From contig OZ245008.1 in the NCBI GenBank assembly GCA_965223625.1, positions 1,039,170-1,071,169 of the forward strand: 32,000 nucleotides of DNA, read 5' to 3'. Within the stretch, counting starts at the first letter, position 1; each line of letters opens with the position of its first letter. This document shows positions 8,020 to 16,839 of the stretch, piece by piece. The notes below the pieces were generated by a model that was not told the origin of the DNA, searched no databases, and saw nothing but the letters and a program-made list of their open reading frames with translations. The position numbers were made by a program, and so were the translations under genes. This DNA is from Nitrospira sp. Its GTDB lineage: Bacteria > Nitrospirota > Nitrospiria > Nitrospirales > Nitrospiraceae.

Positions 8020-10437
8020 ATGAGCACCGTCGTACAGGGTGCTGATCTCGTGAAGTGGTTCGAGGAACTGAGTATTGAAGACGTGCCGTCTGTCGGAGGG
8101 AAGAACGCGTCGTTGGGCGAAATGTATCGTGAGCTGGCCGCTAAAGGCGTGAAGGTACCGAACGGGTTCGCCGTTACCGCGGACGCGTACCGCGCCTTCT
8201 TGAAAGAGGCGAAACTCGACGGTACGATCAGGACCATTCTCAAAGACCTGGACACCCACAATCTGGAAAATCTGCGTCAGCGCGGTAGACAGGTACGACA
8301 GGCGATTCTGGGCGCCGTCTTGCCGCTCGAGTTGTCCGAAGCGATCACTGATGCGTACGATCGATTGAGCGGCAGCCATGCGGAACCGGTCGATGTTGCC
8401 GTCCGGAGCAGTGCAACGGCTGAGGATCTTCCCGACGCCAGTTTCGCGGGCCAACAGGAAACATATCTGAATGTGCAGGGCCACCTCGCGTTATTGGAAT
8501 ACTGCAAACGCTGCTTCGCGTCCCTGTTCACCGATCGGGCTATCTCGTACCGGGCTGATAAAGGATTCGATCACTTCAAGATCGCGCTCTCGATCGGCGT
8601 GCAACGGATGGTGCGCTCCGACCTGGCGACGTCCGGCGTGATGTTTTCGATCGATACGGAAACCGGTTTCCGTGACGCCGTGTTGATCAATGCCGCCTAC
8701 GGTCTTGGTGAAAACGTCGTGCAGGGTTCGGTGAATCCGGACGAGTACTATGTCTTCAAGCCGACGTTGAAGCAGGGCTACCGCCCCATTCTGCAGAAAA
8801 TACTCGGCACGAAAGAATTCAAATTGGTGTATGACATCGGCGGCGGCAAGATGGTTAAGAACCTTCCGGTCCCTCCGGGCGAGCGGGCACAGTTTGCCGT
8901 GACGGATGATGACATCCTGACACTTGCCCGATGGGCCTGCACCATTGAAGATCATTACAGCGCGAAGCGGGGAGTTCCAAGCCCGATGGACATGGAATGG
9001 GCCAAGGACGGCCGGACAGGGGAACTGTTCATCGTGCAGGCTCGTCCTGAAACCGTGCAATCGATGAAAAAGGGGCAGGTACTGGAAACCTATCGACTTA
9101 AACAACAAGGGCGGGTCTTGGTCAAGGGGCGTAGTATCGGGGACAAGATCGCGCAGGGACCGGTGCGGGTCATCAAGTCCGTTGAGCAGATTCACGAATT
9201 CCAAGGAGGTGAAGTCTTGGTCACGGATAAGACGGATCCCGACTGGGAACCGGTTATGAAGAAAGCACAAGCGATCGTCACCAATCGGGGAGGACGAACC
9301 TGCCATGCCGCCATCGTCAGCCGTGAATTAGGACTACCCGCCATCGTCGGGACGGAACATGCGACCGATTTGCTCCACGATGGGCAACTCGTCACCGTGT
9401 CCTGTGCGGAAGGCGACACAGGCTTTGTGTACGATGGGCAGATTCCGTTTCATGTCGAGAAGCTTGATGTGAAAGAGATCCGCAGGCCCAAGACCAAGGT
9501 CATGATGAATGTCGGAAACCCACAAGAGGCTTTTGGGCTCTCTGCCATACCGAATGACGGGGTCGGCTTGGCGAGAGAGGAGTTCATCATCAGTACGTAT
9601 ATAAGGGTCCATCCCATTGCGCTGATCGAATTTGACCGATTGGAAGATCAGGCACTGAAGGCTGAGATCAACCGAATCACGGCGGGATATTCGGACAAGG
9701 CCGAGTTTTTCGTCGACAAGCTGGCGCAGGGCGTCGCGATGATCGGGGCGGCCTTTTATCCGAAGGACGTGATCGTCCGGCTCAGCGACTTTAAGAGTAA
9801 TGAATATGCCGATCTGATCGGAGGCCGGCGCTACGAGCCACAGGAAGAGAACCCGATGTTGGGGTTCCGAGGGGCCTCGCGCTATTACGATCCGCGCTAT
9901 CGTGAAGGTTTCGCATTGGAATGTCGGGCGATGAAACAGGTGCGGGATGTGATGGGTCTGACGAACGTGAAACTCATGGTCCCGTTCTGCCGTACGGTTG
10001 AAGAAGGGAGACTCGTCCTGGCGGAAATGGAGCGGCATGGGTTGAAGCGGGGAGAGAAGGGACTTGAAGTCTACGTCATGTGCGAAATCCCGAGCAACGT
10101 GATTTTGGCGGAAGACTTTGCCGAAATCTTCGACGGCTTTTCGATCGGCTCCAATGACCTCACGCAACTGGTGCTCGGCGTGGATCGCGATTCCGAAATC
10201 GTGGCCCATCTGTTCGACGAGCGAAACGAGGCGGTTAAGAAGATGGTGGCGATCGTGATCAAAGCCGCCAAGGCGAAGGGACGAAAGATCGGTATTTGCG
10301 GGCAGGCGCCGAGCGACTATCCGGAGTTCGCCAACTTTCTCGTCGAACAAGGGATTGAGAGCATGTCATTGAACCCGGATGCGGTCATCAGAACGACAAT
10401 GGCGGTGTTGGAACAGGAGAAACAGCGTTCACGATGA
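8020..10437 (+). CDS. ppsA: Phosphoenolpyruvate synthase (pyruvate, water dikinase)
   Basis: ATG 8020 is preceded by GGAAGGAGG. VPSVGGKNASLGEM is the ATP-grasp N-terminus, GGRTCHAAIVSRELGLPAIVG is the phospho-His swivel motif, and SIGSNDLTQL is the PEP-utilising C-terminal motif. The protein is ~805 aa. Confidence 0.92.
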   Translation: MSTVVQGADLVKWFEELSIEDVPSVGGKNASLGEMYRELAAKGVKVPNGFAVTADAYRAFLKEAKLDGTIRTILKDLDTHNLENLRQRGRQVRQAILGAVLPLELSEAITDAYDRLSGSHAEPVDVAVRSSATAEDLPDASFAGQQETYLNVQGHLALLEYCKRCFASLFTDRAISYRADKGFDHFKIALSIGVQRMVRSDLATSGVMFSIDTETGFRDAVLINAAYGLGENVVQGSVNPDEYYVFKPTLKQGYRPILQKILGTKEFKLVYDIGGGKMVKNLPVPPGERAQFAVTDDDILTLARWACTIEDHYSAKRGVPSPMDMEWAKDGRTGELFIVQARPETVQSMKKGQVLETYRLKQQGRVLVKGRSIGDKIAQGPVRVIKSVEQIHEFQGGEVLVTDKTDPDWEPVMKKAQAIVTNRGGRTCHAAIVSRELGLPAIVGTEHATDLLHDGQLVTVSCAEGDTGFVYDGQIPFHVEKLDVKEIRRPKTKVMMNVGNPQEAFGLSAIPNDGVGLAREEFIISTYIRVHPIALIEFDRLEDQALKAEINRITAGYSDKAEFFVDKLAQGVAMIGAAFYPKDVIVRLSDFKSNEYADLIGGRRYEPQEENPMLGFRGASRYYDPRYREGFALECRAMKQVRDVMGLTNVKLMVPFCRTVEEGRLVLAEMERHGLKRGEKGLEVYVMCEIPSNVILAEDFAEIFDGFSIGSNDLTQLVLGVDRDSEIVAHLFDERNEAVKKMVAIVIKAAKAKGRKIGICGQAPSDYPEFANFLVEQGIESMSLNPDAVIRTTMAVLEQEKQRSR

Positions 10438-10489
10438 GCCTGGGAGATGAAACAGGATCGAAACAGCGTGAGCAGAGGAAAGAGAGGGG

Positions 10490-11515
10490 ATGGTAGGTTC
10501 GATGTTCACCGCCTGGGCTGTCTTCGTGGTGAGCGCCGCCGTCATCGTCTATGCCGGTACGAAACTGTCCCGTTATGGGGACCAGATCGCGGATTTGACC
10601 GGCTTAGGCGGACTCTGGATCGGCGTCGTGCTGATGGCGGGAGCGACGTCGTTACCGGAAGTGTTTACGACCGTCAGTGCGAGTCTTCTCGATGCGCCGG
10701 ACCTTGCGGCCGGTGATCTGTTCGGTGCCTGTATGACCAATATGCTGACGCTTGGACTCATCGATTTGATGCATCGGCAGAAACGGGTGTGGCAGCAGGC
10801 GGCCTTCGAACATGCCTTGAGCGCCGGGTTGGCGATGTTCTTGACGGGTCTGGCGGCCTTTTTCATCCTCCTCGGACAGGATATCAAACATATCGGCATC
10901 GGATCGGGCAGCGCCCTCCTATTGCTGTTCTACGTCCTCGGTATGCGCGTCATTTTTAGGCAAGAAGCCGTCAAGCGGCGTCAGCGTGAGCAAGAAAAAG
11001 TGGTCGAAGGCCAAGCGCGTGAGGAGGATAAGGGACCAAGCAAGCGCGATGGGTTAAAGCGAGCAGCGATCGGGTTCGGATTCGCCGCGCTCGGTCTCCT
11101 GATCGCCGCGCCGTTTCTCGCCAGCTCCGCGAACCAGATCGCCGAACAGTCGGGTGTCTCAGCGACGTTTATCGGCACATCGCTCGTGGCGATTACGACC
11201 TCGCTTCCCGAACTCGTCACGGCGTTCGCGGCCGTCCGTCTGGGGGCGTTTGATCTGGCGGTCGGTAATCTGTTCGGGAGCAACGCCTTCAATATGGCGG
11301 CCTTTTTCTTTGTCGACATCGCCTACGGAGGGGGGCCGCTCCTGAATGCCGTCTCGGAGGCCCATGCCATGACCGCCCTCTGGAGCATTCTCATGATGAG
11401 TCTTGCACTGATGGGGATCATCTATCGTGTGGAGAAACGATATCTCCTGATCGAACCGGACAGTTTGGCCATTATCGTGGGCTATTGTCTGGGGCTCGCG
11501 CTCTTATTTCGATGA
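10490..11515 (+). CDS. CaCA-family cation/Ca2+ antiporter (YrbG-like Na+/Ca2+ exchanger)
   Basis: Multi-pass membrane protein with two alpha-repeat motifs, GATSLPEVFTT and ITTSLPELVTAF, separated by a charged cytoplasmic loop. Confidence 0.75.
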   Translation: MVGSMFTAWAVFVVSAAVIVYAGTKLSRYGDQIADLTGLGGLWIGVVLMAGATSLPEVFTTVSASLLDAPDLAAGDLFGACMTNMLTLGLIDLMHRQKRVWQQAAFEHALSAGLAMFLTGLAAFFILLGQDIKHIGIGSGSALLLLFYVLGMRVIFRQEAVKRRQREQEKVVEGQAREEDKGPSKRDGLKRAAIGFGFAALGLLIAAPFLASSANQIAEQSGVSATFIGTSLVAITTSLPELVTAFAAVRLGAFDLAVGNLFGSNAFNMAAFFFVDIAYGGGPLLNAVSEAHAMTALWSILMMSLALMGIIYRVEKRYLLIEPDSLAIIVGYCLGLALLFR

Positions 11516-14292
11516 ACACATCGAGCTCAACGATTCCAGAACAAGAACGGCCGACGGCAGAAATGTGGCGGCTCTCGGCAGAGGATATGATTCGGCAGGT
11601 GGGGGCCGATGCGGAGCATGGTCTCACCGCCGAGGAAGCCCGACGCCGCCTGGACAGCCAAGGTGCCAATGAACTGCCTGAAAGCCCGCCTCCTTCCCTG
11701 CTCTCATTGTTCCTCTCTCAGTTCACCAGCGTCATCGTCTGGGTGCTGATCGGGGCGGCGGTGGTCTCCGGCCTTTTGGAAGACTGGGTCGACTCGGCGG
11801 CCATTCTGGCCATTGTACTGCTGAACGGCATCCTCGGATTCGTGCAGGAATTCCGCGCGGAGCGGTCCTTGGCCGCATTGCGGCGACTGTCGATTGCCAC
11901 AGCGAGAGTAGTCCGTGACGGAACGCTACTTGTGATTCCGGCGCGAGAAGTCGTGTCGGGCGACGTCGTCCTTCTGGAGGCCGGAGACCGTATTCCGGCT
12001 GATGTGCGGCTGGTGTACACGACCAACTTCCACACGCAAGAAGCCTCGCTCACCGGAGAATCCACGCCGGTGGAAAAGGGAGCTCAAGTGATTGATCGAT
12101 CGGACGTGCCGCTGGCCGACCGATCCAATATGGTGTTCATGGGCACGGTGGCTGTATCGGGCAAGGCCCGCGGGTTGGTGACGGCCACGGGGCTGAGAAC
12201 GGAACTCGGGCACATTGCCGCCATGATCCAGAAGGCGGCGGAAGCGGAGCGGACTGAGACGCCGCTCCAGCGACGGCTCGAGCAATTCGGCTACACCTTG
12301 TTATGGCTGGCGCTGGGAGTGGTCAGCGTTGTGTTCGTCTTGGGCTATTTGCGTGGTGAGCCGGTGGTGACGATGTTCCTCACCTCCGTCAGCCTGGCCG
12401 TCGCAGCAGTGCCGGAGGGACTGCCGGCCGTGGTCACCATCACCCTGGCATTGGGCGTGACAAGAATGGTGCGGCGCAACGCCCTTATCCGCAAGTTGCC
12501 GGCTGTTGAAACGCTCGGCTCCGCGACCGTCATTTGCTCCGACAAGACCGGCACGCTCACGAAGAACGAAATGACGGTGACCAAGCTGTTTGTTGGGGAA
12601 CAGGTATTTGACGTAACCGGTGAAGGGTACGAGCCGGTGGGTGAAATTCGTGAAGCGTTCGGCGTGAAGCGCGAGACGATGTCCACGACATCCGATCCTT
12701 CACCCGTCACCCTTGATCCGTTGCATCTGCCCGAAGGGCTTCGTCAGCTGCTGACGGCGTCGGTGTTGTGTAACGGTGCCACGCTCAAGGAAGATGAGGG
12801 GAGCTGGCAAATTTTGGGTGATCCGACGGAGGGGGCCCTCCTGGTTGCGGCGGCCAAGGCCGGCCTTCGCATGGAAGAACTCGAGCCTACCCACCATTTT
12901 CTTGGTGAGATCCCGTTCGATCCTGAGCGCAAGATGATGACGATTGTGCGCCGGTCCTTGGATGGGCCGGTTGCCTACGTGAAGGGTGCGCCGGATGTCC
13001 TTCTCGCCAGGTGCACCCATCGCCTTGGGACGAACGGGACAATCGAAGGTCTGTCAGACTCAACTCGTGATACGGTGTTGGATGCAAATGCGCAATTTGC
13101 CCATCAAACGCTGCGGGTGCTGGGCCTTGGGCAGCGTCGATTGACACACATACCCGATTCATACCATTCGTCGGAACTCGAGCAGCAACTGGTCTTCCTT
13201 GGGCTAGCGGCCATGAAAGATCCTCTGAGGCCTGAGGCGAAGGTCGCGGTACAAGCCTGCCATGATGCCGGGATCGGAACTGTGATGATCACGGGCGACC
13301 ATAAGGATACGGCAGTTGCGATCGCAGAGGAATTAGGGTCGCTGACGGGAGCGAGGCAGGCGCTGACCGGAACGGAACTTGATCGACTCTCCGACGAAGC
13401 GCTGATGAAACAGGTGGACCAGTTTGCGGTGTACGCACGAGTATCGGCCGAGCACAAACTGCGGATCGTCAAGGCCTGGAAGTCCACCGGCGCGATCGTG
13501 GCGATGACAGGCGACGGTGTGAACGATGCACCGGCCGTGAAGGCGGCCGACATCGGTGTCGCGATGGGAATCACAGGAACCGACGTCACAAAAGAAGCGT
13601 CCGACATGGTGGTCACGGACGACAACTTCGCGTCCATCGCTGCGGCCGTCGAAGAGGGTCGCGGAATCTTCGATAACATTAGGAAGACCGTCCATTTTCT
13701 TTTGTCCTGCAATGTGAGCGAAGTGCTGGTCATGCTGTTCGCCACGCTGTTGGGGTTGCCGCTGCCGCTGCTCCCGATCCAGATTCTCTGGATGAATCTG
13801 GTGACGGATGGGTTCCCCGCCTTAGCCTTGGCGGTCGATCCAAAGGCCCCGGATTTGATGAAGCGTCGCCCGCGAAGACCGGAGGCCCGGTTGTTGGAGA
13901 GAGATCGGCTGGTCGCGATCGGCCTCGAGGGGTTGATGTTGAGTGCCGTCGCCCTAGGAGCGTTCGTCTATAGTCTGTACGGGCTCCATCAAGATGTCGA
14001 ACAAGCGAGGACCGTTGCGTTCACCGTGCTGGTCATCAATCAGTTGGTGCATGCGTTCAACTGCCGAAGCGACCGATGGTCGCTGTTTCAGGTCGGCGCC
14101 GGGACGAATCGCCCGTTGCTCCTTGCCTTTGCGCTCTCGCTTGGCATTCAAATAGCCGTGTTGACCGTTCCACCGGTGGCTTCGATTTTTAAGGTTGCCT
14201 CGCTGCCGCTCGAGGATTGGGTGCTGATGGGGGCCACAGGCATCCTGCCGTTTGCCATCATGGAAACGGTTAAACTGTGGCGACGGTCCTGA
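11512..14292 (+). CDS. P-type ATPase, P2 (SERCA/PMR1-like) Ca2+-transporting
   Basis: Motifs present: TGES (SLTGESTPV), PEGLPAV in TM4, the phosphorylation site CSDKTGTLT, the hinge [12 protein letters not shown], and the cation_ATPase N-terminal motif (GLT.EEA..RL...G.N). ATG 11512 overlaps the antiporter stop (ATGA 11512-11515). Confidence 0.9.
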   Translation: MNTSSSTIPEQERPTAEMWRLSAEDMIRQVGADAEHGLTAEEARRRLDSQGANELPESPPPSLLSLFLSQFTSVIVWVLIGAAVVSGLLEDWVDSAAILAIVLLNGILGFVQEFRAERSLAALRRLSIATARVVRDGTLLVIPAREVVSGDVVLLEAGDRIPADVRLVYTTNFHTQEASLTGESTPVEKGAQVIDRSDVPLADRSNMVFMGTVAVSGKARGLVTATGLRTELGHIAAMIQKAAEAERTETPLQRRLEQFGYTLLWLALGVVSVVFVLGYLRGEPVVTMFLTSVSLAVAAVPEGLPAVVTITLALGVTRMVRRNALIRKLPAVETLGSATVICSDKTGTLTKNEMTVTKLFVGEQVFDVTGEGYEPVGEIREAFGVKRETMSTTSDPSPVTLDPLHLPEGLRQLLTASVLCNGATLKEDEGSWQILGDPTEGALLVAAAKAGLRMEELEPTHHFLGEIPFDPERKMMTIVRRSLDGPVAYVKGAPDVLLARCTHRLGTNGTIEGLSDSTRDTVLDANAQFAHQTLRVLGLGQRRLTHIPDSYHSSELEQQLVFLGLAAMKDPLRPEAKVAVQACHDAGIGTVMITGDHKDTAVAIAEELGSLTGARQALTGTELDRLSDEALMKQVDQFAVYARVSAEHKLRIVKAWKSTGAIVAMTGDGVNDAPAVKAADIGVAMGITGTDVTKEASDMVVTDDNFASIAAAVEEGRGIFDNIRKTVHFLLSCNVSEVLVMLFATLLGLPLPLLPIQILWMNLVTDGFPALALAVDPKAPDLMKRRPRRPEARLLERDRLVAIGLEGLMLSAVALGAFVYSLYGLHQDVEQARTVAFTVLVINQLVHAFNCRSDRWSLFQVGAGTNRPLLLAFALSLGIQIAVLTVPPVASIFKVASLPLEDWVLMGATGILPFAIMETVKLWRRS

Positions 14293-14376
14293 CAGTCGCG
14301 ACGGGTGAGTTGCGAACGGGTCGTTGTCGGGAAACCGGAGGGCTATGGCTTTCCGTTGGATGACGCGAGGAACATC

Positions 14377-14730
14377 ATGATCCTAGTCAAAGACTGGTTC
14401 GACATCGCCGGATATGTGGTGGAGGCGGCCGGCGTGCTCACGATCGTCGTCGGTTCGCTCCTGGCGACATGGTGGTTCATCACTCGTTTGACAAGTATAC
14501 CGAAGCTTGAAGCCTATCGAGAATTTCGTTCAGATGTCGGTCGATCGATTCTCCTTGGTCTGGAATTCCTGATTGCAGGCGACATCATTCGCACCGTGAC
14601 TGTGACTCAAACGCTGGAGAGTGTTGGGGTGTTGGTCGTGATTGTGTTGATTCGATCGTTTCTCACCGTCACGCTCGAGCTTGAGATTGAAGGACGCTGG
14701 CCGTGGCAACGGGCTGATATCAGACGATGA
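14377..14730 (+). CDS. DUF1622 family small membrane protein
   Basis: FRSDVGRSILLGLEFLIAGDIIRTV is the block I associate with DUF1622. ATG 14377 (GAGGA upstream) gives ~117 aa, typical for the family. The ORF-track GTG 14305 is an alternative start. Confidence 0.65.
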   Translation: MILVKDWFDIAGYVVEAAGVLTIVVGSLLATWWFITRLTSIPKLEAYREFRSDVGRSILLGLEFLIAGDIIRTVTVTQTLESVGVLVVIVLIRSFLTVTLELEIEGRWPWQRADIRR

Positions 14731-14802
14731 CACCCCACGGGTGCCGACGATCGGTGTAGCGCCGTGTTATTCGCGTTGCCGGATGCTTTGGGGAAGTTGA
14801 TC

Positions 14803-15171
14803 ATGAAGCGTCTGCGAACGACGATCCTCCTTGTTGCTGTGATTCTCGTCGGAAGGTTCGGTACCGGTGTTGCGACAGAGCGAGATCTCGATATCGATGT
14901 CGTGGCACTGAAGAGTCCGGTATCGTCCGGCAAAATGGCCGAATTGGTCATTCAGACGGAGGTCGGCGCGATGTGTCTTATCAACGCATGGCCCGAGGTG
15001 CAGCCGTCGCAGCGTGCCCACCTGTCCGGAAAGACGGTCCACGGAAAGGGGCGAGCCACCTGGTCGTGGCCGATTCCGAAAAGCGGCGCCGCCGGTCAGT
15101 GGCAAATCGACCTACAGTGTGCCACGTCTGAGAAAAGAGCAAGGCTCCAACTCTCGTTTGAGGTTCGGTAG
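14803..15171 (+). CDS. Small exported hypothetical protein
   Basis: ATG 14803 gives MKRLRTTILLVAVILVGRFGTGVA, a signal-peptide-like N-terminus, followed by a beta-rich ~100-aa body. I recognised no family. Confidence 0.5.
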   Translation: MKRLRTTILLVAVILVGRFGTGVATERDLDIDVVALKSPVSSGKMAELVIQTEVGAMCLINAWPEVQPSQRAHLSGKTVHGKGRATWSWPIPKSGAAGQWQIDLQCATSEKRARLQLSFEVR

Positions 15172-15283
15172 TGTGGAACGGTCGCTGACGCATGACGCGC
15201 CAGACAGTGGCCTCCCATACCGTCAAAATTCACCACCGCATTGAACTTCGGAGATGAGGGTCGTCTTCCAGTTTTCTGATGAG

Positions 15284-15405
15284 ACGGACACTCGGCCCAG
15301 GACCCCCCCTTGATTGGAGTCCCGGGCCGTGTGTCGACATTCGGAGGGACAGTGGCCCGGGACCCCACCCTGACGTGGAACCCCGGGTCGTGCGTCGACA
15401 CTCAA
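15284..15405. repeat. Tandem GC-rich repeat units (~50-60 bp), each with a CCCGGG-centred hairpin, between convergent genes (3' of amoC)
   Basis: G(N)CGACA(C/T)TC recurs at 15284-15293, 15333-15342 and 15394-15403. Hairpin 1 is GGCCCAGGAC (15294-15303) / GTCCCGGGCC (15319-15328). Hairpin 2 is GGCCCGGG (15354-15361) / CCCGGGTC (15382-15389). The likely role is a bidirectional terminator or REP-like element. Confidence 0.6.
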
Positions 15406-15433
15406 ACAGTGCGTATTTCTCTCTCTGCTTAGG

Positions 15434-16237
15434 TTAGTACCCCGCCTTGGCGTTGGGGTCCACCTGGCTGGGGAACGGATCCAGGATGCTCTTCGGCGCA
15501 TTGTTCCAGATCACGTCCGCCAGGTTCGACATGCGGCTCACGATCTGCGCCGCCACGCCCCCACCGGCCCCGAACAACCCGCACCAGCCCAGCGTCACAA
15601 AGCCCCAATGCAACGGCGCCGCAAACAGCTCATCCACAAACCAGAACGCATGGCCCCACTCGTTGAGCCCCACGTTCGGCAGAATGAACATCGGCCCCAC
15701 CACCGCCGCCACCAACGGGAACGATGTCGCCTGGTTGTACAGCGGCAACCGCGTCTGCGCATACAGGTAGCTCGACACGCCGCACGTGATGTACAGCGGG
15801 AACGTCCCGTAGAACGCCACAATGTGGCTCGCCGTGAAGCTCGTATCTCGGATGATCACTTGGTGCCACGCCGCATCCTGCTCCAGCGTGTAGCTCCCCG
15901 CGTAGTACACGCCCCAGATGTAGCAGGCCAACCACCCCATGAAATAAAAATACCGCTTCAGCTCGAGCCGCGGGTCCAGGTTCGCCAAGTTGCGATCCCG
16001 CGTTACCCAAATCCACCCCACCGACACGGCAAAGAAGGTGGCGTTGGCGACGATGTTAAACCGCCACAGCCCCATCCACACCGTGTCGAACTCCGGCGTC
16101 ATGGAGTCGAGCCCGTGGGAGTACCCGAACGTCCGTTGGTACACCACCCAAAACACCCCGATCGCCAGCATCGAAAACCAGCCGATCTTCGCAGGCCTGG
16201 AGTCATACCAATCGTACCCTCCTGTTTGACTAGCCAT
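15434..16237 (-). CDS. amoC: Ammonia monooxygenase subunit C (AmoC/PmoC family), orphan copy
   Basis: The 267-aa protein is colinear with betaproteobacterial AmoC as I recall it: [91 protein letters not shown] strong RBS (AAGGAGG, reverse complement of 16245-16251) lies 7 nt before the ATG. No amoA or amoB is present in the window. Confidence 0.92.
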   Translation of the reverse strand: MASQTGGYDWYDSRPAKIGWFSMLAIGVFWVVYQRTFGYSHGLDSMTPEFDTVWMGLWRFNIVANATFFAVSVGWIWVTRDRNLANLDPRLELKRYFYFMGWLACYIWGVYYAGSYTLEQDAAWHQVIIRDTSFTASHIVAFYGTFPLYITCGVSSYLYAQTRLPLYNQATSFPLVAAVVGPMFILPNVGLNEWGHAFWFVDELFAAPLHWGFVTLGWCGLFGAGGGVAAQIVSRMSNLADVIWNNAPKSILDPFPSQVDPNAKAGY

Positions 16238-16583
16238 TGTTAGACCTCCTTTCCCTCATTGAAGACAACCGCTTCTTTGCAAACTTTCTACTTTGGCGGC
16301 TTGTTCATGCCTCCAATTCCAATCCAAGCAAGTTCGGAGTGGGTGTAACCAACACATAGCGGAGATCGCGTACTTACACCGTCGCGACCTGGCTTTCGGT
16401 GAATCCACTCCATCCCATCACTTTCAGAAGCATGGCGTTGTTCTTGGTTATTACTCGATCTTAGCTTCGCAGATACGCCGCCATATGAGAACTAGGGGCC
16501 ATCCTAGGTTTCGTGTCGAAGATCCCTTGAGGGTGCTTCTGCTAAATATACTGGCTGGGTGAAGCCAGTGATCTGTTAAAGTG

Positions 16584-16612
16584 TTGCATAAACGGTTGGC
16601 GGTCACTATAAA
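16584..16612 (+). promoter_or_regulatory. Candidate sigma-70 promoter (TTGCAT-N17-TATAAA) facing the lipoprotein/cupredoxin genes
   Basis: -35 TTGCAT at 16584-16589, a 17-nt spacer, and -10 TATAAA(AT) at 16607-16612. This would give a ~220-nt leader before the ATG at 16834/16840. On the opposite strand TATAGT (reverse complement of 16604-16609) with CTGACA 19 nt upstream is a weaker candidate facing amoC. Confidence 0.4.
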
Positions 16613-16799
16613 ATAGAATGTGTGTGCGATGTCAGCGAGAGAGTGAAGGCTTGGTCTCTTCGGAAGGTTGAACGCTGTCGAATGCCACATTGGGCCTCTT
16701 CTCTAGGGTATGGCGTTTTTCATAGCCGTTCCCTGCGATATGGCTATGATCCCCCGCAAGCACGCTGAGGTCGCGTGATGACTCCGCTTGCCATACCTC

Positions 16800-16829
16800 A
16801 TATGTACATTCAAGATATGTACATTCAAG
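16800..16829 (+). repeat. Perfect tandem duplication of a 15-mer, ATATGTACATTCAAG x2, each unit containing the 8-bp palindrome ATGTACAT
   Basis: Read directly: copy 1 at 16800-16814, copy 2 at 16815-16829. It ends 4 nt before ATG 16834 and overlaps the AAGGA Shine-Dalgarno for ATG 16840. Confidence 0.9.
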
Positions 16830-16839
16830 GACGATGATC

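Noticed and set aside
15284-15405. Whether the repeats downstream of amoC are a small CRISPR array.
   Set aside because: There are only two to three degenerate units, no constant-length unique spacers and no cas genes. The units are hairpin-forming GC-rich elements in a convergent terminator position.
16800-16829. Whether the tandem ATGTACAT repeats are a CopY/BlaI-type cop box (TACAnnTGTA).
   Set aside because: The half-site order and spacing do not fit. The core here is TGTACA, and the TACA...TGTA pairs are 9 nt apart. The regulator identity is therefore left open.
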